From contig JALDZS010000150.1 of assembly GCA_022813965.1 (NCBI GenBank), positions 1 to 60,231 of the forward strand: a stretch of 60,231 nucleotides of DNA. Reading direction: 5' to 3'. The notes beneath the pieces were generated by a model. That model saw only the letters and a list, made by a program, of their open reading frames with translations, was not told the origin of the DNA and searched no databases. The translations under genes and the position numbers were made by a program. This document shows, one piece after another, positions 13,954-26,480 of this stretch (position 1 is its first letter; each line of letters starts with the position of its first letter). The DNA comes from Toensbergia leucococca. Its lineage: Eukaryota.

Positions 13954-14937
13954 TTTCAATCGACAATAGTAATGCGCAGACGCAGTATGTTCCTCTGAAT
14001 GCGAATGAAGCAGAAGATTTGATTGAAATCCACGGTAACGACGTTGGTTCTTCCGTACTTTGGTCAAGAGATTTATAGGTTAACGGCCTGTGATAAATCT
14101 TGGAAAGCACCCAAGTTGCGCTCCGAAAGAGATATAGGCGAATACTGCTCCAGTGTTCGAATGTTATCTATCCTGGTCTCGGCTGTATCCTTCACTTGAG
14201 CAACTTTCGAGCTTAACAACGTGCTAAGTGGAACAGTGGGCGATGTACTGCTTCGGAGAGTAACTGCTTTATCAGACTTCGTGAGCGGGACTTCGGGTAA
14301 GGCGAAGTTTAGAGATGTTATAGGTACGAAGCAGTCGTTAAAGTATGAGCATCAACGCTGGAAAGGAATGAGATGGACTGAAGAGAAAGCGTGAATGCCC
14401 GGCATTCGTGTTTTGGAGATGTGAGGATTAAGGAACAGAGGCAAAAGAATGACTATCCCAATAACTTGGGAGGTAAGGTATGGATGTTTTTGTCAAGTGC
14501 TGTTAAGTTGAAAATGGTTAGGGAAAAGTAGGAGAGTCGCTCAATCAACTTGAAAGTCTTCGCAAAGAAGAATCTTTATCGTGGTAGTGACTACCGCTCT
14601 CGATGTCTCTTTCTCTTTCCATTTTCATCACTTATGTTGCCCTAATCACTTGATTTTCCAAGCTTGTCAACGCTGAGTCGTTGTTCCCAATGTCGGTTAG
14701 ATTTAAATAGCTAGAATAGGGCTGAGTCGATGCACACCGAACTTTAACCCAAGCGAGCCACCGCACGACGAAGCTACTGATACTGTGTACAGTGGTGTTT
14801 GCCTAAAGTAACATCATGGCTTCCAGCACCAAGTATTTCTACTAGAAGTGATCCGAAGCGGAGTCTAGGTTGTTCAAGCTGTGATACGCTTCGTCTGAGG
14901 CGGCATCTTCCTCCAGTACACCTTGCATCTCGCCATT

Positions 14938-16521
14938 ATGGCTCCCCAAACCCCGGCCGTTGTCATGGACAAGTACCTACTCTTCCTCTATCTTTGTTCT
15001 ATGTAAATCATTGCTAACATCTAAAAGCGGCTCAGGGTTCTCCAAACTTGGTGCGTTTACAAGATAGCATCTCCCGCCTTGAAGGCGAGTTATCTGACCG
15101 CCCTAGGTTTCGCTGGCAATGACGCCCCTTCCTTTGTTTTCCCTACTGCGATAGCAACGAAAGGGGGCGTTGGAGGAAGTGGCGGGTCAGGGTCTGGACG
15201 GCCAGCTGTAGCGAACAAGCCCACTTTTCTTACCGGAGGCACAGGATCTGGGGGCGCTCTGTCCGCAAAAAGAGGAACTGAGGACCTGGACTTTTTCATC
15301 GGAGATGAAGCATTGGTGGCAGCGAACGGGCCCGGTAAGGCCAAACACTAGAAGATCATGAGATGGAATGTTGCGTGCTGATCGTTATCCAGGATATGGA
15401 ATACATTACCCAGTGCGGCACGGACAGGTGGAGAATTGGGTATTTACATGGCCCATGTTGTATACGCGGTGCTGACCGATCAAGGATCATATGGAACGGT
15501 TCTGGTCAAATTCTATATTCAAATATTTACGTGTTGAGCCCGAAGATCATTACTTCCTTCTTACAGAGCCCGTTCGTATCCAGACTCCCCTTTCTCCCGT
15601 CTGAATTGACACCCAGAACAGCCCTTGAATCCTCCAGAGAATCGGGAGAATACCGCCGAGATTATGTTTGAATCCTTTAATTGTGCTGGACTCTATATCG
15701 CAGTGCAAGCTGTTCTAGCCCTGGCTGCGTCTTGGACTTCCTCGAAAGTTTCGGATCGCTCTCTGACTGGTACCGTCATAGACTCTGGGGATGGTGTAAC
15801 TCATGTCATTCCAGTCGCCGAGGGTTATGTTATTGGCAGTTCCATCAAAAGTATCCCAATTGCGGGTCGGGACATCACCTACTTCGTGCAATCATTACTT
15901 CGAGACCGAGGGGAACCGGACAGTAGTCTCAAAACCGCAGAGAAGGTTAAGGAGGAATATTGCTTTGTATGTCCGGACATGGTAAAAGAATTCTCTCGAT
16001 TCGATAGGGAACCAGATCGCTTCATGAAACACACGGTCACACAACCCAACGGACGAAGCGTTACGGTGGATGTGGGTTACGAGCGTTTCTTAGCACCCGA
16101 AATCTTCTTCAATCCTGAAATTTACTCTTCAGACTTCCTCACACCACTTCCTACCGTTGTAGATGGCGTCATCCAGTCATCACCCATAGATGTTCGCAGG
16201 GGTTTATATAAGAATATCGTCCTCTCAGGCGGATCGACGTTGTATAAAGATTTTGGAAGACGGCTGCAGCGAGACATTAAGCATCTGGTGGATGCAAGGA
16301 TACGCGCCTCGGAAGCGCGAAGTGGGGGTGCCAAGAGTGGGGGTCTAGAAGTGCAGGTAGTGACGCATAAAAGACAAAGACATGGCCCATGGTTTGGGGG
16401 AAGTCTTTTAGGGCAAACCCCTGAGTTCAGGAGCTATTGTCATACAAAAGCAGAATACGACGAGATTGGCCCGAGCGTGGTAAGGCGCTTTAACTTACTT
16501 GGAGGACCAGGTAGCACTTAG
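14938..16521 (+). CDS. ARP3: Actin-related protein 3 (Arp2/3 complex)
   Basis: [20 protein letters not shown] (23-nt exon 15028-15050), [57 protein letters not shown]; five short introns. Confidence 0.97.
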
Positions 16522-17339
16522 CCTAGATAATCACTGGTGACATTCTCGAAAATAGGATTGAGAATTAGCAATTTATTCTGGAGGCAGAGGCGCAAACATA
16601 GGGGGATAGATAAACAATTTGCTAGATCCATAGCCAATGGCAACACACTGGTTGAATTCTCTCCTTAGCCTGGTGATGCATAATGGAGGTCTAGCCATTG
16701 ATCGAGAACATCAATAGCATCCATAGTCCGGTTGGAATACGAGTACCGAGTACCTATCTGTCACATGTATGGGGCCGCTTCATACTAAATTCTGCAGTAG
16801 CTTAGCAGCACGAGTATCTAATTGTGCCTCAGCACATACATACACATACATGAGAGAAAGCATCGATATCGCAATCCTCGAAAGTAGGACTTTCGCAACA
16901 AGCACCTCGTGTGGCTTGATTTTTCGAGAAACCGAGGTGAAGTTGGGATTTGCCTCATCCGGCGTTCCAAAGGCGACCCCCGCTCCACTTGGCAGATCCC
17001 TGCTTTGGCATATTACCCCTTAGGATCATTTGTAATAACCAAGAAACTTCGTCATAGCTTCTATTATTTGGAAGCATTCACCAGACACATGGTATCAACC
17101 TCTTTCATCGAGGCCAGAGGATTCATATCACCATGACTGCTTAGCCGTGTCAACCTGGACATTCCAGTGCAAACACTTCTCCCTGAAAGTTCCTAGCAGG
17201 CCTAAGACCTTTTTGCCATTCCCTTGAACCCTTGACCTTTGATGCAGCGCCTTCTAGGTCTTGGACAGCACAACTCAAATCCATGACGCAGTTTACCAGC
17301 ACTTCGTCGACTACCTCGACAGCAACTGAAAAACGAAAC

Positions 17340-19406
17340 ATGTCGGCTATCTCCATGTCGTCGAACAAACAGACGAATGGTTCAAGTCACTTCCCACAGA
17401 AGCTCAAAAACTTCTTCCGTATCAGCAGCTTAGGGAGCAATCCGAGTGTCAATGGCGATGGTATCTCAATCCCCAAGTCAGACACTAAATCCTCCTTCAG
17501 ACAATCACGTTTCCTCAGTGGCATTACTCGAAGCCGATCTACGACCGTTGCGAGCGAAGGGAATACGTTAGAGGAGGGCATGTCGCCCACTGCACATGCG
17601 AATCCATACTTTGCACATCAAGGACCTCCTGCTTTAAGACATCACAATGATAACAGCGTGCCTCCTTCTCCTCCGGACACACCAACTACAAAGGTCGAAG
17701 CTGTGAGTGGTGCTAATGACCAAGCTACTGCTGCTGGCAAGGAGGAGCTAGCGCGGAAGCTGAGGAGGGTGGCGTCTGCGCCGAATGTCCAGGGTCTTTT
17801 TCCAAGCTCCAAGTCGAACGAAAGGCCTGCGACTGCTGATTTAGGCAAAGAGCCGTTGATACAAAACTCGAAGGACTCCACGCTGCGCATGATGGATCAA
17901 CCGAAGGGCCATTTACTTCCAATTCCCGCAGGAAAAGGAGTACCATTGCCTGGACAATTACGACAATCGATTGCCTTTCGAAGAACATACAGCTCGAACT
18001 CAATAAAGGTCAGGAATGTCGAGGTAGGACCAAGTAGTTTTGACAAGATCAAGTTGATTGGAAAAGGAGACGTGGGAAAAGTGTATTTGGTGCGGGAGAA
18101 AAAGTCTAGCAGGCTTTACGCTATGAAAGGTATCAATCTTGCTTTCAATCTGCACTTGCCTAATGCTGATCGAAGTGTAGTGCTGAGCAAGAAGGAGATG
18201 ATCAAGAGGAACAAGATCAAACGAGCTCTAGCGGAGCAAGAGATATTAGCTACCAGCAATCATCCTTTCATTGTAACATTATATCACTCTTTCCAATCAG
18301 AGGATCACCTCTACCTGTGCATGGAATACTGTAGTGGCGGAGAATTTTTCAGAGGTCAGTTTATCTCCCAACGGCAGCGGATATTGTCTAACGGGCGTAG
18401 CACTTCAAACTCGTCCTGGGAAATGTATCTCGGAAGATGATGCGCGATTCTATGCTGCAGAAGTCACCGCAGCACTGGAGTATCTACATCTTATGGGCTT
18501 CATATACCGGGATTTGAAACCCGAAAGTAAGCTAAGCCTTTGAAGGTTACTCTTTGGTCAAAACTTACCGAAGCAGATATTCTCCTACATCAGTCCGGTC
18601 ATATAATGTTGTCCGATTTTGATCTGTCTAAGCAATCAGATCCGGGCGGAGCTCCGACAATGATAGTGGGTCGTAACGGCGCTACTGCTACTTCGCTACC
18701 CACCATTGATACCAAGTCGTGTATAGCCAACTTCCGCACAAATTCCTTCGTTGGCACCGAGGAGTACATTGCACCAGAAGTCATCAAAGGTGAAGGCCAT
18801 ACAAGTGCAGTTGATTGGTGGACACTAGGAATACTGGTTTACGAGATGCTATTTGGGACCACTCCTTTCAAGGGCAAGAACCGAAATGCCACATTCGCAA
18901 ACATCCTTCGAGACGAAGTACCATTTCCCGACCACTCAAGCTCACCTCAAGTTTCAGGGTATGTTGTTCGGGCAGCCCGCATCAAAGTAATGTATTTTTG
19001 CTAACGTTCCCACAGTCTTTGCAAATCCTTGGTTCGCAAACTCCTCTTCAAGGATGAAATGCGTCGCCTGGGTTCTCGCGCGGGGGCGTCCGATGTAAAA
19101 ACGCACCCGTTCTTTCGCACAACTCAATGGGCATTGCTTCGCCATATGAAACCACCTATGATTCCGCACCAAGGGCGGGCCATTGATACGGTGAATTTTC
19201 GAAATGTCAAAGATAGCACGAGCGTCGAAATTGGAGTACGCAAGATCAAGGAGATTAAGGGCGTGCCATTAGATTCGGGATTAGCGACCCCGGCCGCCGA
19301 AATCGCAGATCCTTTCGAGGAATTCAACAGCGTGACGTTGCATCACGACGGGGAGGAGGCTCATCATCAAAGCCAGATTGATGATGGGGTTGGGGTCGGG
19401 CAGTGA
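17340..19406 (+). CDS. nrc-2: AGC-family Ser/Thr kinase Nrc-2 (Fpk1/Kin82 flippase-kinase orthologue)
   Basis: [69 protein letters not shown]; four introns. Start is uncertain (ATGs at 17283, 17340, 17355). Confidence 0.93.
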
Positions 19407-19834
19407 AATGACTAAAATATTGCTGTGTCGGAGTTGAGCTAGGTCGGTTCAGGTGACGAGCGTACCATTCTGTTCTTTAAAGTGGCGTATGGAGCCAGGG
19501 GATGGGGGCTATTGCTACAGGCTTTTCGAGACATTTAGCATGTTTCGAGGGATTACGGTGGATTTGCATGATGGAAAAACACTTTGTGTGTAGCTGCCAG
19601 ACACTTGAGTGACCTTGGCAGCGAAGGATTCAACCACGTGGAATGCCATACCATTATCAAGAGGCCTGGACAAGACAATAAATAGTAAATGAGTCAAAGT
19701 CTTTTTGCTCTGAGACTACCGCAACAGCGCTGTTGAAAAGGATTATTTTCTTGTATGTGCAATAAATTATTAAAAGTCGGTGGTCGAGCAGTAAATGTCA
19801 GAAAAGCCAATCGGCAGGCCAGAAATTGAAAACA

Positions 19835-20545
19835 TTAGGCACGCCGAATTTCCCATTGGAGGTCTTTGATACTTACTTCTTCCCCAGCTTTCTCATCGTA
19901 GTCAAACCACTCTCCCTCTTGCAGATCAATGCCCGAGAAAGGCGTAGGTGACTCCAAGCCCTTGGCCATCCATTCACCCTGACAAAGCATCAGTATTCCA
20001 GATGACTAAGCTCCAGAGAAGCGGACATACATCAGCTTTGAAATCTGTAAACTCTAAGCCACGGCAATCAAATTCTATGATGATCTGCCTCGTGGGAGGA
20101 GAAGCATGGCTATAGGAATTGGGAGGGTTTCTGATGGATGCGGTGGATTCCCTCTTCGCGAGCCGGTCAGTGAGCATAGACGAGCAGCGATACTCGAGAG
20201 CTTTTGCTAACCTTACAGGATTTGCACCTCCAGACGAAGTTGGCTTCGCCTCGGCTGCCGGACATGTCGTTGGTTTCCTTTGAAAGGGCTGATATCAGAC
20301 AAAAGGTATTTTTTCTGTAATGTGGAGAAGGAATAAGAAGACGCACAAAACGGCTGACGGTGACCCAATTGGGATGGATTTCTCTGCATGAAGTACATTG
20401 GACTTTGAAAGTGAAGAAATATGGATCGTCCGCCGTGTCAATTGGGCGGAGATCTGTCACCCTGAATATCTGTTACTTGAGGAGATATTGGCTTGGTATT
20501 GGGATGGTACCCTGTAAGATCTGCTGTCAAGGTGAGGGCTAACAT
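19835..20545 (-). CDS. DUF866/UPF0587 CXXC zinc-binding protein (C1orf123-like)
   Basis: MLALTLTADLTG/VTDLRP..FKVQCTSCREIHPNW, GSRGEANFVWRCKSCK, FDCRGLEFTDF, WFDYDEKAGEEVSIKDLQWEIRRA*; four introns. Confidence 0.92.
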
Positions 20546-20842
20546 GATCTGGCTTTTTTCATCCGAGATCCATTTGTGCTAGAGAAGATGATAGACTATG
20601 ACAGCGACCAATGTTGTAGTCCGTCGAGTAGGAGGAATCCGTTTCTTCGATCCTCAATGTAAGGAAGGTTTGTCGTGTTTGCACCCGCGGCCTTTAGCCG
20701 AAGTTAATGAACCTCTGTAGTACAAATTTCATAACCTCGAGCCTCTGTCAAAGCTTGCTCTACACTGGGCAGCCTGAAGCCTTGTGATACCCTTGGGAAG
20801 CTCGACTGACTCCTCCACAAGCTTCATCTCTATGCGCTGTCA

Positions 20843-23377
20843 ATGCAAACCATCTGGTCCCGAGCCGCCCAATCGAGTTGTCATTGCAATTGCTCATCCT
20901 GCATTCCTTACACTGCCGCTCTTGCTAGGCGTACCGCTACCGCAGCTCCAAAGCGCCGCCTACGATATGGCGACCTCTTCACCGTCTTCTACTCATCCAT
21001 CTTGGCTACGGCTGCGGTAGCAGATGCCAACAGGAAGGATGCTCGGAGGAAACAGTGGGACAAGGTTATCAAAGAAGCGAAAGATGAATTGGCTGCCTTG
21101 GAGACACGGCAGCAAAACAGGCTTGACTCTTTGCCCAAGGATGTCCCGATTAGGACGGTGATATCGAAAGAAGGCGTTGGTGAGCAAGACATGGTCAGGA
21201 GAATGACAATTAGGAATGATCAAGATCTAGCCAGGAAGGCGGCTGTTGCGGAAGGGGTGAAATATAAAGAGGGGTTTGGCGGTCAAGGTCTGGTCAGGAG
21301 ATGCACATCTGGCAGTCGTCTTGAGGAGTGGGAACATGCCCTGAAACGAACTTCCTGGCAAGCAGAGGAAAGAGTTGCTTTAGGGTTTGAAGATCTAAGA
21401 GGCCTTCCATTGAGCTTACTAGAGAATCTATCAAACTTCGAAATCGAGCAGATTCTTGTGAATCCTCAACTTATGGACCCCGTACGAGGAAAAGCCAACT
21501 CCGATCCATGGACCACAGAAGATCCCACATATCTGTTTTCAAAGAAAAAGACAAAGACGTTTGAATTATCGGTGGCAAAGATGGTGCTACGATTCTTCCT
21601 ACGAACTGTAAAAGAAAAACACGTACAAGACGACTTGAAACCAGGAGAGGATAAATCGCAGGTCAAAGTTTCTCATCCGCAAGATTTGCCTCGCAAAATT
21701 GAAGTGTTTGACAAAAGACTAGCACACTTGCGCCAATGTCATTATACTTCGGAGATGGTAAATCGAACAGAACGGCCTACGTATCCTCGTTATAGAATGA
21801 CGCCTGATCCCATGTCTGACAACGGAGCCGCTCTACCTTCAATTTTGCTCACCCTGTTCAAAACCTTTTATATGATGGAGCGCCAATCTGGCTCGGTGGG
21901 AGAAGGACCAGATCTTGATTCCTTAATATCAAAGATCTGCTATAATGTTCTTGCTTCTCCCACGCCACCGACGATTCATACTTATAACACGCTCCTAGTC
22001 CATTTCATTCGCCTGAAAGAATTTGACTTGGCGCGTGCAGTTCTGGCCTCCATCAAAGAAACTTACGTCGTGCCGAACGAAGTGACCGTATCCGCAACGT
22101 TAAAGTTCTACACGCTTACCCATGACCGTTTAGGATTCGATGACTATGTTCAAAGGATGGAAGGCAAACTTACTGGTTTGATAAAAGCCTACCAAGACAC
22201 TGGTGTAGAAGCTGTTGACAACAGAGTCTTTCAACCTTACCCTCGCCTTTACGCTGCTCATTATACAAGAGACAAGCAAAGCGGCCAGCTTATCTTGAAT
22301 GATCTGGACAGAGCGACTGGTCAAACAGCACGACAAGAACTCATCCAAAAGGTGCCTCAAAACCAAACGACATATGGAGCTCTCATTCATGGTGCTCTTC
22401 GGCTGTCTGGTTTAGGACATGCCGCGAAATATTTTGATAGAATGGTCGAGGAAGGATGGGAAGTAAACATAGAGATTCTGACAAGCCTCCTCCGAGCCTG
22501 CTTTGTTGAAAGGGACTGGTCATTGGGCCTAAGATTCTGGTCGGAAATCCTTGCGCTTAAGGATGCTGCAAACGAGAAGGCTTGTTATTGGATGCTTTGC
22601 CTCTGCCTAATTTGCGACAAATTATTGGAATTCAGAACCATACTAAGACTCGCCATTGACGAGGGTGTACTCCCGTCGGCGATTGCCGAGATACCTGAAC
22701 ATGTTGTCGCCTTTCGAGATCTGAATTTCCAAAATTGGCAATTCTTCTCCCGTGCTAAGCGTGTTGACCTGTTGAGGCGAATGAGAAGATCGGATCCCAG
22801 TGCACATCCGGCACTTCAAGAAAGATTTGACTGGACCAGCAGTGTTATCCGACTGATTGCTAATAGTGTTCGTGAGGCGGAGGCCTCTAGGAACAGAGCC
22901 ATAATTGCTAGAAATACTATTGCCAAAAAACGGATGACTACAAACCCTACTGGTGACTTGGTGTCTAGGAATGACAGCTCTATGGCCTCGTTGTCGCTGG
23001 AGCATCCGAGTCAGGAGAAACCAGCCCTCCAGACGGACGAGGGAATAGCAACACCGTCTCCCCCAGCACCCCGCCCAGCAAGCCCAACCGCCAAAATCAC
23101 TACTTTCCCCCAACAGCCTCGGAGCCCAGCTCCCCAAACGAGAGCCATACCTCCACCAAGCTGGGTGCCCCAATCCCCTCCCTTGTCAGACATCGCGATC
23201 TCTCCCCAGCGACAACTGCCGGATATGGATATCGAGCTTGCGGCACCAAATCAAGAACAATCCCATTACGAGCTGTTAGCGTACGCTCCACCTGATACCT
23301 CTGTCATCCGATGCGTTAGGGGCGATTTTGGGGATGAGGGATGTAGATACCCAATGCTAGTGACCGTAGGAGTGTGA
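20843..23377 (+). CDS. Pentatricopeptide-repeat (PPR) protein, probably mitochondrial
   Basis: 844-aa single ORF with an R/S/A-rich presequence-like N-terminus and PPR-like motifs (PTIHTYNTLLVHF, PNEVTVSATLKFY, NQTTYGALIHG, VNIEILTSLLRAC). Confidence 0.82.
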   Translation: MQTIWSRAAQSSCHCNCSSCIPYTAALARRTATAAPKRRLRYGDLFTVFYSSILATAAVADANRKDARRKQWDKVIKEAKDELAALETRQQNRLDSLPKDVPIRTVISKEGVGEQDMVRRMTIRNDQDLARKAAVAEGVKYKEGFGGQGLVRRCTSGSRLEEWEHALKRTSWQAEERVALGFEDLRGLPLSLLENLSNFEIEQILVNPQLMDPVRGKANSDPWTTEDPTYLFSKKKTKTFELSVAKMVLRFFLRTVKEKHVQDDLKPGEDKSQVKVSHPQDLPRKIEVFDKRLAHLRQCHYTSEMVNRTERPTYPRYRMTPDPMSDNGAALPSILLTLFKTFYMMERQSGSVGEGPDLDSLISKICYNVLASPTPPTIHTYNTLLVHFIRLKEFDLARAVLASIKETYVVPNEVTVSATLKFYTLTHDRLGFDDYVQRMEGKLTGLIKAYQDTGVEAVDNRVFQPYPRLYAAHYTRDKQSGQLILNDLDRATGQTARQELIQKVPQNQTTYGALIHGALRLSGLGHAAKYFDRMVEEGWEVNIEILTSLLRACFVERDWSLGLRFWSEILALKDAANEKACYWMLCLCLICDKLLEFRTILRLAIDEGVLPSAIAEIPEHVVAFRDLNFQNWQFFSRAKRVDLLRRMRRSDPSAHPALQERFDWTSSVIRLIANSVREAEASRNRAIIARNTIAKKRMTTNPTGDLVSRNDSSMASLSLEHPSQEKPALQTDEGIATPSPPAPRPASPTAKITTFPQQPRSPAPQTRAIPPPSWVPQSPPLSDIAISPQRQLPDMDIELAAPNQEQSHYELLAYAPPDTSVIRCVRGDFGDEGCRYPMLVTVGV

Positions 23378-24065
23378 GACTAGGTCAAGGCTGGAGGATG
23401 GGTTTGATAAGGTTGGTGTTTCGGGGAATTTGGGCATCGGAATTTATTACACGAGCTACTTATGGTCTTTTACATGGAGAGAATGGCATGCTTGGTGCCT
23501 CGGCGGCCCCCTCTCTAGTTGAAAAGACTTGCTGCTTTGAAATCGGGCCATTGGGTTTTTTTTTCTACCTGAGAGGCGATAAATAATGTACCTATCTAAG
23601 AAACCCCTGGAGATGTATCCGTAGATGATTCCTTTGAATCTCACATCCTTGAAGCACCGGTCCCCCATTCTCCAATTCTACCCAGCTTCAAAACCCTCCA
23701 TCTCCGTCCCGACCCTCCGCCACCAATCCTCCCTCTCCCCGTGCCCCCTCCCCCTAAAACCTCCTACCCGATCCACCTCAAGCATCCACCGCACCATGAC
23801 AACAAAAACCCCCCTCACCAAACAGCAAAAAAAAAATACCAACCGCCCCCCTCGAAGCGAAGTAAACTCAAGTCACTCTATTTAACCTTTGAAGAGAAAC
23901 ATGGCTATTTCGCCCCCTCCCCCCAGCGAGAACACGAAATAAATCAACTCGGGGTTTTTCGCAATCGCAGATTCTGGAAAAATGGGGGGGAGGGGATTGG
24001 ATTGGATAGGGAAGAAATATCATAAGAAAAGGAATGATCCACTGAACTACATCAATCCCTGGGAC

Positions 24066-24087
24066 TTTTTTTTTTTTTTTTTTTTTT
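24066..24087 (+). repeat. Poly-T tract (T22)
   Basis: Directly visible, in the spacer between convergent genes. Confidence 0.9.
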
Positions 24088-24397
24088 CAAGATGTAGGAA
24101 GGGGCAAAAAGCTCAGGGTAAGAAGGGCCAATGATGATATTATCTAGATTTCTGTGAAAGGAGCAAGGCGCAGGTGTGGAGGGAAATTCTCAGATTGAGA
24201 GCGCCGTTTGGACAAGTTTGGGGAAGGGGGGCAGGGGGTTCATTATGAATGGGTGATTTTTTCGTTGTGCGAGCGGCCATATCTTGCAAGGCCCGATTAG
24301 TAAATAGTGTTGAAACAATTATGTGCCAGAAGCCAAAAACCAGTATCTTTCCATCGCCCAAAAACCCACCCGCCAATAGATCATCACCATTTTAAAC

Positions 24398-25185
24398 TCA
24401 AACCTTGTTCATTTCCTCACGACTGTTCTCCGACCCACTCGCAATCTTCTCTCCCGTCTCGCCGCCGTCCTTGCCCGAGCCCCTCTTCAAGTAAACAAAT
24501 AGCACAACGCCAATATAAAACACGCCAATCACACCCGCAATAACCCCGTACGCAATCTCGCCCTTGATGGTATTGCCCGAAAGCTGCAAACCCAAGCCGC
24601 CGTTGATCATACCGAGGATCAAGAGCGTGCGGCCGAGCCAGACGTGGGATCGGATCCAGAAGGTGCGCTTGTGCTCTTTGATGTAGATGTAGTGGTGAAT
24701 GAGGCCGAGGACAGGCTGGAAGAAGAGGAGGCCAATAACTACGATGCCGATGATTGGGTGGGCGGCGTTTAGCTAAAATGGGAAAAGATCGGGGTGTTAA
24801 TTATATACGTTGAGGAAGTTTGTGGGAAAAAGGAAGTAGTATAACCGACCTGATCGGTGAAAAGAGCGATCCAGACTCCCAAGCCCAAAGCGGCCAAGGC
24901 GGTAGCGTAAGCGAATATTTGAGCACCGGCGTGGACCCATATGAGGCCGCGGAAGGAGGGGAGGCGGATGGTGAGGGCGCCCAGGGGAAAGAAGATGGCG
25001 AAGGCGAGGCCCATCAGGATTCCGTGGGCGACGATGCTTTTGTGCTTGAATGCATGACTTTCACCATCGCCGTATTTTGCTTGAGTGGGTCAGCTATGGC
25101 CGGCCATTGAGACATGAATGAGTTATGGGAGATAGGGGGGAATTGTACCGAGCGCTGCAGTCTCTGCTGGACTGAAGGTCTCCAT
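24398..25185 (-). CDS. Stand-alone cytochrome b561/ferric-reductase-like membrane protein (no DOMON domain)
   Basis: Three exons: METFSPAETAAL/AKYG..AHGILMGLAF..WVHAGAQ..DQ/LNAAHPIIG..FQPVLG..HVWLGR..INGGLG. Four heme-ligand His residues lie on transmembrane helices. Confidence 0.88.
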
Positions 25186-26003
25186 GGCTTTATCCTCTCA
25201 AAAAGCAATGGAATGTAAACGAGGCCCTTTTTGGAAAGAAAAGCAGGATGCAAATAACGATGCTTTATGGCCAATGGCTCTAAATCTAATGAGATTTCTA
25301 TATATTCTGAACAACGAAATAGACAAGAAATGCTTAATTTTGAGAAGACAGGATAGGAAAGATGGCAAGGAGCATAATGAGAACAGGGAACGAGGTCATA
25401 CCGCAAAAGGCGCAGTGTGACCAAGAGCATTGCATGACTTAATCAGATCTTGCAAAGTAAACAGTCTTGCATTGCTGGACTAGTGGCATGGTGGCGCCAA
25501 TAGTCTCACTGCAAATGCAAGACTCGACCGGCATTTTGTATCCAACGTTTGTACAAGGTAGAATAAGCTAGGCACCTTCCCAAAACGCTTCATCGCTGTC
25601 AACTCATCATGCAACTCGACGTCCAACGGTCCAAGGGGGGCATAATCGGCCAAGCATTTTCTCGGCTGTGGCGTCGATCGTCAATCGTTGCACTAAATCA
25701 GACTGGATGCACGTCACTATCTCTTGCTTAGATCAACATCAACTTACATCATCATCTTTTGCCCTGTCATTACTATCATCATTCCAATCATTGGCCTTTG
25801 AATCATCGTCGACGCGCCTTGCATTCCACCATCCCGAAGCGTCAATACATCCCCGCAACCCTAAAGTTGCAATCTGATAAGTGACTGGTGACCTCTGAGT
25901 CTAAGCGAAAACGCCATTATCAGACACATCGGTCGAAGAATCTGCACCTTGTAGTAATACTTATATGAACCTCATGCTGATACCTCGGCGGCCTGCAAAG
26001 CAC

Positions 26004-26059
26004 CTGGAGTATAGTTAGCCATTTTTCCATCTTCCCATACATGTCAAGAGGATACTTAT
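26004..26059 (-). other. TER terminal intron (56 nt) with non-canonical AUAAGU donor, GCUAAC branch point and CAG acceptor
   Basis: Minus strand reads ...CCTTTTTTTTTTCTT|ATAAGTATCC...ATGGCTAACTATACTCCAG|. Donor 26059-26054, branch 26019-26014, acceptor 26006-26004. Confidence 0.88.
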
Positions 26060-26425
26060 AAGAAAAAAAAAAGGCACGCTGCCCCCCTCACCGTCACCCC
26101 CGTAAAGAATTGAGTGAGAAAGAACAGCGGCAATGCCTTCTCGGCCAATCCATCGCTGCTTCCCCGCCCACCACCCATCTCGCCCTCTCGAGAAACCTTG
26201 CTCATGACCAAGCTCTATCAAAGATCCATTGACACTTCCAGCGTTTTGAGTCGGCTTCTCTTCCCCTAGCACCTTCCCATTACCATCGAAAGAGTCGTGT
26301 CTTTGCTGGCATCCGGAGCTGTAGCTCGCCACTGAAACTCGGCAAGCCAATCAACCATGAAATATCCAGACCACTGTTTGTGCCAGCTGACTCGGACAAA
26401 ACTCGCATAGAACAGCCACCTAAAA

Positions 26426-26480
26426 CAGACAAGCACTAAGCTTTGATCCTCACTCTAGAGAGGTCCCGTTCAGATGTCTG
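26426..26480 (-). other. TER CR4/5 (P5/P6/P6.1) three-way junction
   Basis: CAGAC (26480-26476) pairs with GUCUG (26430-26426). It encloses P6 (GA-CCUC...GAGG-A-UC) and P6.1, a 4-bp stem with 5-nt loop UUAGU (U at position 2, G at position 4). Confidence 0.82.
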
